Source: a virus
Taxonomy: Duplodnaviria > Caudoviricetes
Virus record (IMG/VR): IMGVR_UViG_3300001354_000030
Span: 1 to 27,115 of that record
Strand: one strand, 5' to 3'
DNA: 27,115 nt
In this document: positions 14,985-23,245 of the stretch, in pieces
Layout of the letters: every line of letters begins with the position of its first letter
Position numbering within the stretch: the first letter of the stretch is position 1
Notes under the pieces: model-generated
What the model was told of the DNA's origin: nothing
The model's database searches: none
Seen by the model: the letters and a program-made list of their open reading frames with translations, nothing else
Made by a program: the position numbers and the translations under genes

Positions 14985-17657
14985 ATGAGTTACGTAGACG
15001 CACTATTTGATCGCGATTCTGACATAATCAGAGTTGTTGAACGCAAAGACGGTAAGAGAGATTACCGCGAGTATCAAGCAAAATATACATTCTATTACAA
15101 AGACGAAAGAGGCAAATATAAAAGTATATTTGGTGATCCACTTACACGAATTGTTTGCAAGAATACAAAAGACTTTAGAAAAGAAGTTGCTATTAACCGA
15201 GACAAAGAACTTTTTGAAAGCGACATCAATCCTATATTCCAATGTTTAAGTGAAAACTATCTTAATCAAGATGCACCTAAACTAAACATTGCATTTTTCG
15301 ATATTGAAACAGACTTTGATCCAGAGCGTGGCTTTGCTGATCCTGCAGATCCTTTCATGCCTATTACATCAATCTCTGTATACTTACAGTGGTTAGAAAC
15401 AATGATTTGTTTAGCAGTACCTCCTAAGACGCTAACAATGGAGCAAGCAAAAGCAGAACTAGAAGGCATTGACAATGTTATGCTTTTTGAAAAAGAAGGT
15501 GATATGATTGACACTTTCTTAACAATAATTGAAGATGCTGATATTTTATCAGGTTGGAACAGTGAAGGTTATGATATTCCTTACACTGTGAATAGAACAA
15601 GTCGTGTACTAAGCAAAGACGACACACGTAGATTCTGTCTATGGGGACAACTTCCAAAAAAACGAGAATATGAGAAGTATGGTAAATCAGCTGTCACCTT
15701 TGACCTCATAGGCAGAGTGCATTTAGATAGTTTGGAATTATATCGTAAATACACATATGAAGAACGACACACATATAGACTTGATGCCATTGGCGAAATC
15801 GAAGTTGGTGAAAACAAAGTCCCTTATGAAGGCACTTTGGACCAGTTGTACAACAATGACTTTAGAAAATTCATCGAATACAACATACAAGATACCGCAC
15901 TACTGGACAAGTTGGACAAAAAACTAAGATTTATTGATCTAAGTAATACTGTTGCTCACGAAAATACTGTGATGCTACAGACCACTATGGGTGCTGTTGC
16001 AGTTACTGAACAAGGGATTGTTAACGAAGCACACCATAGAGGACTACAAGTTCCTAATCGCAAAAGAAGAGACGACACAGAAAATACACAAGCGGCTGGT
16101 GCATATGTTGCATTTCCTAAAAAAGGTCTGCATAAGTGGATCGGTTCAATGGATTTGAATTCACTATATCCAAGTGTTATTAGAGCTCTTAATATGGATC
16201 CTGCAACTATTGTAGGACAAATACGTCCTGATATAAGCGAGGCTCGTGTAACTGAAGATATGGGTTTGAAGAAAAAATCATTTGCAGGTAGTTGGGAAGG
16301 ACGTTTTTCAACCGAAGAATATGAAGCGGTAATGGATAAACGCAAAGATATTCCTCTAAATGTTGACTGGGAAGACGGTCGTACAGATGTACTAAGTGCG
16401 GCTGAATTATACCAGGCTGTATTTGATAGTAATATGCCTTGGATGCTTAGTTCAAACGGTACTATCTTTACAACAGAACACGAAGGTGTTATTCCTGGAC
16501 TACTAAAACGCTGGTATAGCGAACGTAAAGACATGCAGAAGATGTTGAAAAAAGCAAAAGACGCAGGTAATGAAGCAGAGATCGAGTATTGGGATAAGCG
16601 ACAGTTGGTTAAAAAGATTAACTTAAACAGTTTGTATGGTGCTATTCTTAATCCAGGCTGTAGATTCTTTGATAAACGTATTGGACAATCAACAACACTA
16701 ACTGGTAGAACTATTGTAAAGCACATGAGTGCAGAAGTCAACAAAACTATCACAGGCAAATATGACCATGTCGGTGAAGCAATGATATATGGTGATACTG
16801 ACTCTTGTTACTTTAGTGGATACCCTATACTAAAAGAACAAATAGACAAAGGCGATATACCTTGGGATAAAGATAATGTAATTAAACTTTATGATCAAGT
16901 ATGCGAGGCGGCTAATGAAACATTTCCTAGCTTTATGTTGAAGGCATTTCATTGTCCTAAGTCACGTTCAGATGTTATTGCGGCGGCTAGAGAAATTGTT
17001 GCAAAGTCAGGTTTATACATTACTAAGAAGCGTTATGCAGCACTTGTATATGACATTGAAGGCTTTAGAAGCGATACTGATGGAAAGCCTGGCAAAGTAA
17101 AAGCAATGGGTTTGGACTTACGTAGGTCGGATACACCTGTGTTTATGCAAGAGTTCTTAAGCGAATTACTACTAATGGTGCTAACTGATGCTCCACAAGA
17201 AGATGTGTTAGAACGTATTACAGTGTTTAGAAAAGAATTTAACGATCGACCTGGTTGGGAGAAAGGTTCTCCCAAACGTGCAAACAAAATTGGACATTAT
17301 CAGCGTCTTGAAGAAAAGCAAGGCAAAGCAAACATGCCTGGACACGTAAGAGCAAGCATCAATTGGAACACACTAAAGCGTATGAACGGTGACAAGTACT
17401 CGCAAGAGATTGTAGATGGTATGAAAGTTATTGTTTGTAAACTAAAACAGAATCCGTTAGGCTACACAAGTGTTGCGTATCCAACAGACGAACTACGTAT
17501 TCCAGATTGGTTTAAAGAACTACCGTTTGACGATACTGCAATGGCAGAAGTAATTATTGATAACAAACTAGATAACTTGATAGGTGTGCTAAACTATCCA
17601 TTAGAGGATACTAAGCGTCATAATACATTTACTAGCTTGTTCGATTTTGGAGGTTAG
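14985..17657 (+). CDS. Family B DNA polymerase with 3'-5' exonuclease (T4 gp43-like)
   Basis: FFDIET, GWNSEGYD, YNIQD exonuclease motifs; MDLNSLYPS, KINLNSLYG, YGDTDS, KKRYA polymerase motifs; C-terminal SLFDF clamp-binding-type tail. Confidence 0.97.
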   Translation: MSYVDALFDRDSDIIRVVERKDGKRDYREYQAKYTFYYKDERGKYKSIFGDPLTRIVCKNTKDFRKEVAINRDKELFESDINPIFQCLSENYLNQDAPKLNIAFFDIETDFDPERGFADPADPFMPITSISVYLQWLETMICLAVPPKTLTMEQAKAELEGIDNVMLFEKEGDMIDTFLTIIEDADILSGWNSEGYDIPYTVNRTSRVLSKDDTRRFCLWGQLPKKREYEKYGKSAVTFDLIGRVHLDSLELYRKYTYEERHTYRLDAIGEIEVGENKVPYEGTLDQLYNNDFRKFIEYNIQDTALLDKLDKKLRFIDLSNTVAHENTVMLQTTMGAVAVTEQGIVNEAHHRGLQVPNRKRRDDTENTQAAGAYVAFPKKGLHKWIGSMDLNSLYPSVIRALNMDPATIVGQIRPDISEARVTEDMGLKKKSFAGSWEGRFSTEEYEAVMDKRKDIPLNVDWEDGRTDVLSAAELYQAVFDSNMPWMLSSNGTIFTTEHEGVIPGLLKRWYSERKDMQKMLKKAKDAGNEAEIEYWDKRQLVKKINLNSLYGAILNPGCRFFDKRIGQSTTLTGRTIVKHMSAEVNKTITGKYDHVGEAMIYGDTDSCYFSGYPILKEQIDKGDIPWDKDNVIKLYDQVCEAANETFPSFMLKAFHCPKSRSDVIAAAREIVAKSGLYITKKRYAALVYDIEGFRSDTDGKPGKVKAMGLDLRRSDTPVFMQEFLSELLLMVLTDAPQEDVLERITVFRKEFNDRPGWEKGSPKRANKIGHYQRLEEKQGKANMPGHVRASINWNTLKRMNGDKYSQEIVDGMKVIVCKLKQNPLGYTSVAYPTDELRIPDWFKELPFDDTAMAEVIIDNKLDNLIGVLNYPLEDTKRHNTFTSLFDFGG

Positions 17658-17658
17658 A

Positions 17659-18375
17659 ATGAATCATTTTTTATTCGATGTTGACGGAACATTGACACCT
17701 AGTAGAAAGAAAATTAACTCTCAGTTTGCATTATGGTTTTTATACTTTTCACAAAATAACGCAGTAAGTTTAGTTACAGGCAGTGATAATCCAAAAACAT
17801 TGGAACAGATTGGTCCTGAAATATGTATGAGTGTAAACAAAATATATAATTGTAACGGAAACGATGTCTGGTATAGACAAGACAATGTTTACACTAATCC
17901 TTGGAAAATGTCTACTAAACTCAAAGGCTTTTTAGAAAAAGAACTTGATAGTAGTTCCTATGAAGTTAAAACTGGAAATCATATAGAGGAAAGGCCTGGC
18001 ATGGTTAATTTTAGTATAGTAGGACGTAATGCTGATAAAGTACAACGCAAAAATTACTTCTATTATGATATCGAATCTGATGAACGTATCCATATAGCAG
18101 AAAAAATTAATAAACAATTCGATGATGTAAGTGCTGTAGTTGGTGGAGAGACAGGTATAGATATTATTGCTAAAGGTAAAGACAAAAGACAAGTGCTTGA
18201 CGAAATAAAACAAGACAGAGTTTTCTTTTTTGGAGATAGAATGGATCCTGATGGCAACGACTTTAGCCTAGCCTATGCTGTAAAAGAGGCAGGTGGTGTT
18301 GCTAAACAAGTTAAAAGCTGGAGAGACACAAAGGAAATACTTGAAAACTTTCAAGAAAGGGGAATAGCAAATTGA
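17659..18375 (+). CDS. HAD-superfamily class IIB enzyme, eukaryotic-type phosphomannomutase-like
   Basis: FLFDVDGTLTPSR, LVTGSD, HIEERPGMVNFSIVGR, GGETGIDI...KDK, FFGDRMDPDGND; GGAGG before ATG 17659. Confidence 0.85.
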   Translation: MNHFLFDVDGTLTPSRKKINSQFALWFLYFSQNNAVSLVTGSDNPKTLEQIGPEICMSVNKIYNCNGNDVWYRQDNVYTNPWKMSTKLKGFLEKELDSSSYEVKTGNHIEERPGMVNFSIVGRNADKVQRKNYFYYDIESDERIHIAEKINKQFDDVSAVVGGETGIDIIAKGKDKRQVLDEIKQDRVFFFGDRMDPDGNDFSLAYAVKEAGGVAKQVKSWRDTKEILENFQERGIAN

Positions 18376-18776
18376 AGGTAGGATTTACTTGCTCAACGTT
18401 TGATTTGCTACACGCCGGACACGTAATAATGTTGCGTGAAGCAAAAGAACAATGCGATTATCTTATTTGCGGATTACAAGTTGATCCAAGTATAGATAGA
18501 GCAGAAAAAAATGCACCTATACAGACTGTAGTTGAACGCTACACTCAATTAAAAGGTATAGAATACGTAGATGAAATTATTCCATACGGCACTGAAGAAG
18601 ACCTTGAAGACATTCTTAGTATGTATCCAATTGATATACGTATACTAGGAGAAGAATATCGTGACAAAGACTTTACCGGTAAAGATATTTGTCGCAAACG
18701 TGATATTGACTTACACTTTAATAAGAGAGATCACCGTTTCAGTTCGAGTGATTTACGGAGGAGAGTTTGTGAGTAA
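18372..18776 (+). CDS. Cytidylyltransferase (glycerol-3-phosphate CT / TagD-like, HIGH superfamily)
   Basis: TFDLLHAGH, DYLICGL, YVDEIIPY, RFSSSDLR; TTG start overlapping the previous stop. Confidence 0.88.
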   Translation: MKVGFTCSTFDLLHAGHVIMLREAKEQCDYLICGLQVDPSIDRAEKNAPIQTVVERYTQLKGIEYVDEIIPYGTEEDLEDILSMYPIDIRILGEEYRDKDFTGKDICRKRDIDLHFNKRDHRFSSSDLRRRVCE

Positions 18777-19545
18777 AATACTGCTAACAGGACACAAAGG
18801 CTTTATTGGTAAGGAATTAGTAAAACGTCTTACTAAAGAAAATAGTGTCGTAGGGATAGATCTACAGGATGGATGGGATAGAGACCATATCAACAATACA
18901 CAAGATCTTCTAACTTGTGAGTTAAATGAAGAATTTGATCTAATAATACATCTTGCAGGTAAAAGTGGAGTACGTGAAAGTATTAACGACCCTGCTGGAT
19001 ACTGGCGTAATAACGTAGAAGTAAGTAAACGCTTGTTTGCACGTTATCCTGATACTAGAGTGCTTTATGCAAGCTCTAGTAGCGCCTACGAGCCCGATTT
19101 AAACCCATATGCCGCAAGTAAATATGTCATAGAAGAAGCTGGAGAACGCTATTCTAACACTTTAGGTATGCGATTTCACACTGTTTATTCAGATAATCCG
19201 CGCACTGGTATGTTTTTACAGAAACTAAAAGACGGCGAATTAGAATATGTAACAGATCATTACCGTGACTTTATACATATTAACGATCTGTGCGATGCTA
19301 TTGAGTTATGCATGGCTAGTAAGTATACTGGCACAATTGACATTGGTACAGGGCATCCATTTAGAATCCGTGATTTTGTAGACAACATACCAATTCGCCT
19401 AAATACCCCATACGAACGTAAATGGACTTGTGCTAATATGGAAAAAATAAAGACACTTGGATTTAAACCTAAATATTCGGTAGAAAACTACTTGACAAAT
19501 CACAATAAAGATAATATAATAAAACTTAACATAGGAGAATATTAA
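18769..19545 (+). CDS. NAD-dependent nucleotide-sugar epimerase/dehydratase
   Basis: ILLTGHKGFIG, IHLAG, YASSSS, YAASK (YxxxK), RDFIHINDL; GTG start after GGAGG. Confidence 0.9.
   Translation: MSKILLTGHKGFIGKELVKRLTKENSVVGIDLQDGWDRDHINNTQDLLTCELNEEFDLIIHLAGKSGVRESINDPAGYWRNNVEVSKRLFARYPDTRVLYASSSSAYEPDLNPYAASKYVIEEAGERYSNTLGMRFHTVYSDNPRTGMFLQKLKDGELEYVTDHYRDFIHINDLCDAIELCMASKYTGTIDIGTGHPFRIRDFVDNIPIRLNTPYERKWTCANMEKIKTLGFKPKYSVENYLTNHNKDNIIKLNIGEY
19492..19520 (+). promoter_or_regulatory. Consensus sigma70-type promoter
   Basis: TTGACA(19492-19497)-17 nt-TATAAT(19515-19520), then AGGAG and ATG 19545. Confidence 0.85.
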
Positions 19546-20279
19546 TGAAAGACATCTTACAAGACGTAGTAGCAAAAACACATGCACTAGGTTTTCTTAA
19601 TCTAGTTAAAGTAACTGGTGCAGATACTACTACAATCGAATCAATGGCCGAAGATCGTTCAGTCATTCTTACAGCAGACACAAACGAAGCTGTTGCTGAC
19701 GGAACATTTGGTATGCCTAACTTAGATAAGTTAGCATTACACTTAAAAAATCCAGAGTATCAGAAAGATGCTAAGATTGATGTAGTAAAAGCAGAACGTA
19801 ACGGCGAAACTATTCCTACACATATACATTTTGAAAATGCAGTTGGTGACTTCCAAAATGATTATAGGTTTATGAATCAGCAGATTATTGAAGAGAAACT
19901 AAAAAGTGTAAAATTTAAAGGTGCCAACTGGGACGTAACTTTTAACCCAAGTATGGCAAGTATTGCACGTATGAAGTTACAAAGTGCGGCACATTCAGAA
20001 GAGCCTACATTCAATGTAAAGACTGTAGACACAGGTAGTGCAACTGATCTTGTTTTTAGCTTTGGTGATGCAAGCACACACGCAGGTGAATTTGTATTTC
20101 AACCTAGTATATCCGGCAAATTAGCACATACATGGGCATGGCCTGTAGCACAAACACAAGCAATTCTAAGTCTTGGCGGTGATATTACAATGAGTATTAG
20201 TGACCAAGGTGCTATGCAAATTGCTGTAGACAGCGGATTAGCAACATACAATTATATTCTTCCAGCACAAAGTAAGTAA
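19545..20279 (+). CDS. Putative DNA polymerase sliding clamp (gp45/PCNA-like)
   Basis: 244 aa, two-domain alpha/beta pattern ending in YNYILPA, near a family B polymerase that has a clamp-binding-type tail. No strict motif. Confidence 0.6.
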   Translation: MKDILQDVVAKTHALGFLNLVKVTGADTTTIESMAEDRSVILTADTNEAVADGTFGMPNLDKLALHLKNPEYQKDAKIDVVKAERNGETIPTHIHFENAVGDFQNDYRFMNQQIIEEKLKSVKFKGANWDVTFNPSMASIARMKLQSAAHSEEPTFNVKTVDTGSATDLVFSFGDASTHAGEFVFQPSISGKLAHTWAWPVAQTQAILSLGGDITMSISDQGAMQIAVDSGLATYNYILPAQSK

Positions 20280-20282
20280 TAC

Positions 20283-21809
20283 ATGAACACTGACCTAACA
20301 GAAGCACAAAAAGATTATGCTGTATTCCTTCCAGCACTGAGTGGTTTCTATGCAACTTTTATAGGAAAACAACGTGCCGAAGATTATGTAGATCCGGCAC
20401 GTATTCCCTATCCAAGTATGGAAAGTATGAATTGGTTAAACAAAAAAGAAGGATTGTTTAACTACCATTGGACACTTTACTCAGCAGGACACGCTGAGTT
20501 AGACATCAATAAAGACTCAGCTAAAGAAGATATGGTCAGAAATAGAGATCGTAATAATAGTTGGTTACTTGGTGACTCTGGTGGTTTCCAAATTGGTAAA
20601 GGTGTATGGGAAGGCGACTGGAAAGATCCTAATTGTCCTAAAGCACAAAAGAAACGTGAGCAAGTTCTTGCGTGGATGGATGCTTATATGGACTATGGTA
20701 TGATACTTGATATTCCGGCTTGGGTGGCACGTTCACCTGCTGGTGCAAAAGCAACAGGAATCGACAATTATCAAGATGCTGTTAATGCTACTCGTATCAA
20801 CAATGATTACTTTATGAAGAACCGTAACGGCAACTGTAAGTTTTTGAATGTTCTCCAGGGTGAAAATCATGCAGATGCTGAAGACTGGTATCAACAAATG
20901 AAGGATTACTGTGATCCTAAGGTATACACAGATCACTTCAATGGTTGGTCAATGGGTGGACAGAACATGTGTGATGTACATCTTTTACTTAAACGTTTGG
21001 TTGCACTAAGATTTGACGGACTACTTGAAAAAGGTAAACATGACTTCATGCATTTTCTTGGTACCAGCAAACTAGAGTGGGCTACATTACTTACAGATGT
21101 ACAAAGAGCAGTCCGCAAACATCACAACGAAAATTTTACTATAACATTTGATTGTGCAAGTCCTTTCCTTGCTACAGCAAATGGACAAATCTATATACAA
21201 ACTGAAACAGAAAACAGAAGTAAATGGGTGTATAGAATGGTTCCTAGTATTGACGAATTAAAGTATGCAACTGATACACGTAACTTTAGAGATGCGGTAT
21301 TACAAGACGGAATCTTTAAAAACTTTTGTGATAGCCCATTGACAGAGAATATTAAAGTAAATGATGTTTGTATATATGCAGAAGGCGATAAAAATTTAAT
21401 TGGTACACCTAAAATACTTAAAGGTGATATCGATAGGGATAAAAATGGTAATCCTATACTAGATGATAACGGTAACCAGATTATACGTAACCGAGATTCA
21501 ACTAGTTGGGATAGTTTTAGTTATGCGATCCAGATGGGTCACAATGTGTGGAGTCACATCAATGCGGTACAAGAAGCAAATAGACAATACGACAATGGAG
21601 TCATTCCGAACATGCTTGTCGAAGAGTCCTTTGACAGGTTATTTTTTAGAGATGTTGTGGAAGCAATATTTGCAACATCAAGCAGAGACGAAGCGAATGC
21701 GGTAATTGAAGAATTTAGTAGATTTTGGGACACCATTATTGGTACAAGAGGTAACACTGGAAAACGCATTGTAAATGCACAAACAAAATTTGGAGAACTA
21801 TTTGGATGA
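20283..21809 (+). CDS. dpdA: tRNA-guanine transglycosylase-fold protein, DpdA-like (candidate DNA guanine transglycosylase)
   Basis: GDSGGFQ, MILDIP, NVLQG, GWSMGG, MHFLG, ITFDCAS and C-terminal HN in TGT order; no CxCxxC zinc site; co-located with folE and queE. Confidence 0.8.
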   Translation: MNTDLTEAQKDYAVFLPALSGFYATFIGKQRAEDYVDPARIPYPSMESMNWLNKKEGLFNYHWTLYSAGHAELDINKDSAKEDMVRNRDRNNSWLLGDSGGFQIGKGVWEGDWKDPNCPKAQKKREQVLAWMDAYMDYGMILDIPAWVARSPAGAKATGIDNYQDAVNATRINNDYFMKNRNGNCKFLNVLQGENHADAEDWYQQMKDYCDPKVYTDHFNGWSMGGQNMCDVHLLLKRLVALRFDGLLEKGKHDFMHFLGTSKLEWATLLTDVQRAVRKHHNENFTITFDCASPFLATANGQIYIQTETENRSKWVYRMVPSIDELKYATDTRNFRDAVLQDGIFKNFCDSPLTENIKVNDVCIYAEGDKNLIGTPKILKGDIDRDKNGNPILDDNGNQIIRNRDSTSWDSFSYAIQMGHNVWSHINAVQEANRQYDNGVIPNMLVEESFDRLFFRDVVEAIFATSSRDEANAVIEEFSRFWDTIIGTRGNTGKRIVNAQTKFGELFG

Positions 21810-22009
21810 GTGATTATATAGAACCAAGCGATAAAATTTCTGCTAGACTAGATAGTTTGTATCGTACACATAGAGATTTAGACGATCACATCAAAAAACA
21901 GTATGATAAATTTGCGCCTGATAGTATTACAAAACCATTAAAGGCAAAAAAACTAGATCTTAAAACTGAAATAACAAACTTAGAACAACAGCTAGAGGCG
22001 TTAAAATGA
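21806..22009 (+). CDS. Small coiled-coil protein (YdcH/DUF465-like)
   Basis: RLDSLYRTHRDLDDHI...LKAKKLDLKTEI pattern. Confidence 0.65.
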   Translation: MSDYIEPSDKISARLDSLYRTHRDLDDHIKKQYDKFAPDSITKPLKAKKLDLKTEITNLEQQLEALK

Positions 22010-22539
22010 AAAGAGATTACAAAAGTGGCGTAAGTGATACTCCTATATTCTTTACAGGCATTGAAGTTGAGAAGACTCCTGCGTTTGGAATGAAAACATT
22101 ATTTGTTACGGGTACACAGCCATGTGACATAATACAAGAACACTTTGAAAAAGAACAATGTGAACATATTTTCTTTGGTGCTAATCATAGTTTTAATCCA
22201 GGAACAGACTTTCCTAAAGATTCTGATGAATGGACACCTTGGGAAAATATGATCACAGCATTTTTAACTGCTGGTAAATTGTGTAGTTTAGATATTCCTA
22301 TTGCACTTGCTGAAGCATTTTTAGAATCAGGACTAACTGAACATGATAATTTTATCCCACAACTTCGCGTTCCAGTGCCTTACGCAAAACTGTGGAACTA
22401 CAACACTATGTTGAAGATAGATGACAAAGGCTTTAAGGCAACTAACCCCGGTGTCTGGTGTCATAGTTTACATGATTTGATGAATAGAGAAAAATTCACA
22501 GATTGGACAAAATATGGGCTTGACAAAGTAATAAAGTGA
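22006..22539 (+). CDS. Hypothetical protein within the base-modification cluster (177 aa)
   Basis: ATGA-coupled ORF with enzyme-like motifs (FFTGIEVE, HIFFGANHSF, KIDD, NPGVWCH). Confidence 0.8.
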   Translation: MKRDYKSGVSDTPIFFTGIEVEKTPAFGMKTLFVTGTQPCDIIQEHFEKEQCEHIFFGANHSFNPGTDFPKDSDEWTPWENMITAFLTAGKLCSLDIPIALAEAFLESGLTEHDNFIPQLRVPVPYAKLWNYNTMLKIDDKGFKATNPGVWCHSLHDLMNREKFTDWTKYGLDKVIK

Positions 22540-22548
22540 TAGTATAAT
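22520..22548 (+). promoter_or_regulatory. Consensus sigma70-type promoter
   Basis: TTGACA(22520-22525)-17 nt-TATAAT(22543-22548). Confidence 0.8.
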
Positions 22549-23035
22549 GAATGTAACAAATGAAAGATACTACGACTATATGATGCGTAGATCTAGAGAA
22601 GAGGATATGAAGATGGCAAAAGAAAAAGCACTAAATAATGCACAAAGAAGCATATGGGTTACCTTTAGAAAAGAAGGAGTTCATATGTATCCAGGAGCAG
22701 ATAGTGATCCAAAATTGGCAACGGGTGATTGGGACGATGTGTCGTTTCTTGGTATTCCTCATCGCCATATCTTTCACTTCAGGGTGCGTATCGAAGTGTT
22801 CCACAACGATAGAGACATTGAGTTCATCCAATTCAAGCGATGGATGGAAAGACTTTATACTACAGAGAGTACATCCGATGGTGAGGTGCTCGTTCTAAAT
22901 CATAGGTCGTGTGAAATGATTGCAGACGAACTATATGATAAGATTTCAGCAAAATACCCAGGCCGGTTTGTTGAAATTGATGTTGCCGAAGACGGCGAAA
23001 ACGGCTGTTCAATTTATTACCCGAAACATGTGTAA
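22547..23035 (+). CDS. T-fold QueD/PTPS-like protein with LxxxHRHxF motif (DpdL-like)
   Basis: EGVHMYP, LGIPHRHIFHF, DRDIEF, SCEMIA, VAEDGENG. Start may be 22607 or 22613 (after GAGGA), since ATG 22547 overlaps the -10 box. Confidence 0.75.
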   Translation: MNVTNERYYDYMMRRSREEDMKMAKEKALNNAQRSIWVTFRKEGVHMYPGADSDPKLATGDWDDVSFLGIPHRHIFHFRVRIEVFHNDRDIEFIQFKRWMERLYTTESTSDGEVLVLNHRSCEMIADELYDKISAKYPGRFVEIDVAEDGENGCSIYYPKHV

Positions 23036-23050
23036 GAAGGAATTACTAAC

Positions 23051-23245
23051 ATGGCTATCGAATTTAATCGAGATGCATATAATAAAGTGTTTAACGATCT
23101 TGAATCGTTCCGTGACTATTGTAGGTTTGAAGCTAAACCTTACAACGAACAAAGCCTTTATAAGAAAGGCGACAGAGTTTGGGAAGGATATCTTTCCTAC
23201 CAAAAATATTTAGAAAGAAAAAAACGTCGGAGAAATAATAGATGA
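23051..23245 (+). CDS. Small hypothetical protein (64 aa, basic tail)
   Basis: AAGGA upstream; overlaps the start of the glycosyltransferase. Confidence 0.7.
   Translation: MAIEFNRDAYNKVFNDLESFRDYCRFEAKPYNEQSLYKKGDRVWEGYLSYQKYLERKKRRRNNR

Noticed and set aside
15956-16759. 267-aa minus-strand ORF
   Set aside because: Codon-aligned antisense shadow inside the DNA polymerase gene; no independent support.
14985-17657. Possible intein, intron or split in the polymerase
   Set aside because: 890 aa uninterrupted, motifs in normal order, no splice-junction or homing-endonuclease motifs seen.
18661-18768. N-terminal extension of the epimerase ORF in the track
   Set aside because: Overlaps the cytidylyltransferase; the Rossmann motif begins right after GTG 18769, which has a GGAGG site.
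20283-21809. Calling this a canonical tRNA-modifying tgt for queuosine synthesis
   Set aside because: Lacks the zinc-binding CxCxxC, is much longer, and no queA/queG or tRNA genes are in the window; a tRNA target is less likely but not excluded.
22638-23213. Alternative-frame plus-strand ORFs 22638..22898 and 22920..23213
   Set aside because: Nested in better-supported genes, with no ribosome-binding sites or recognisable motifs.
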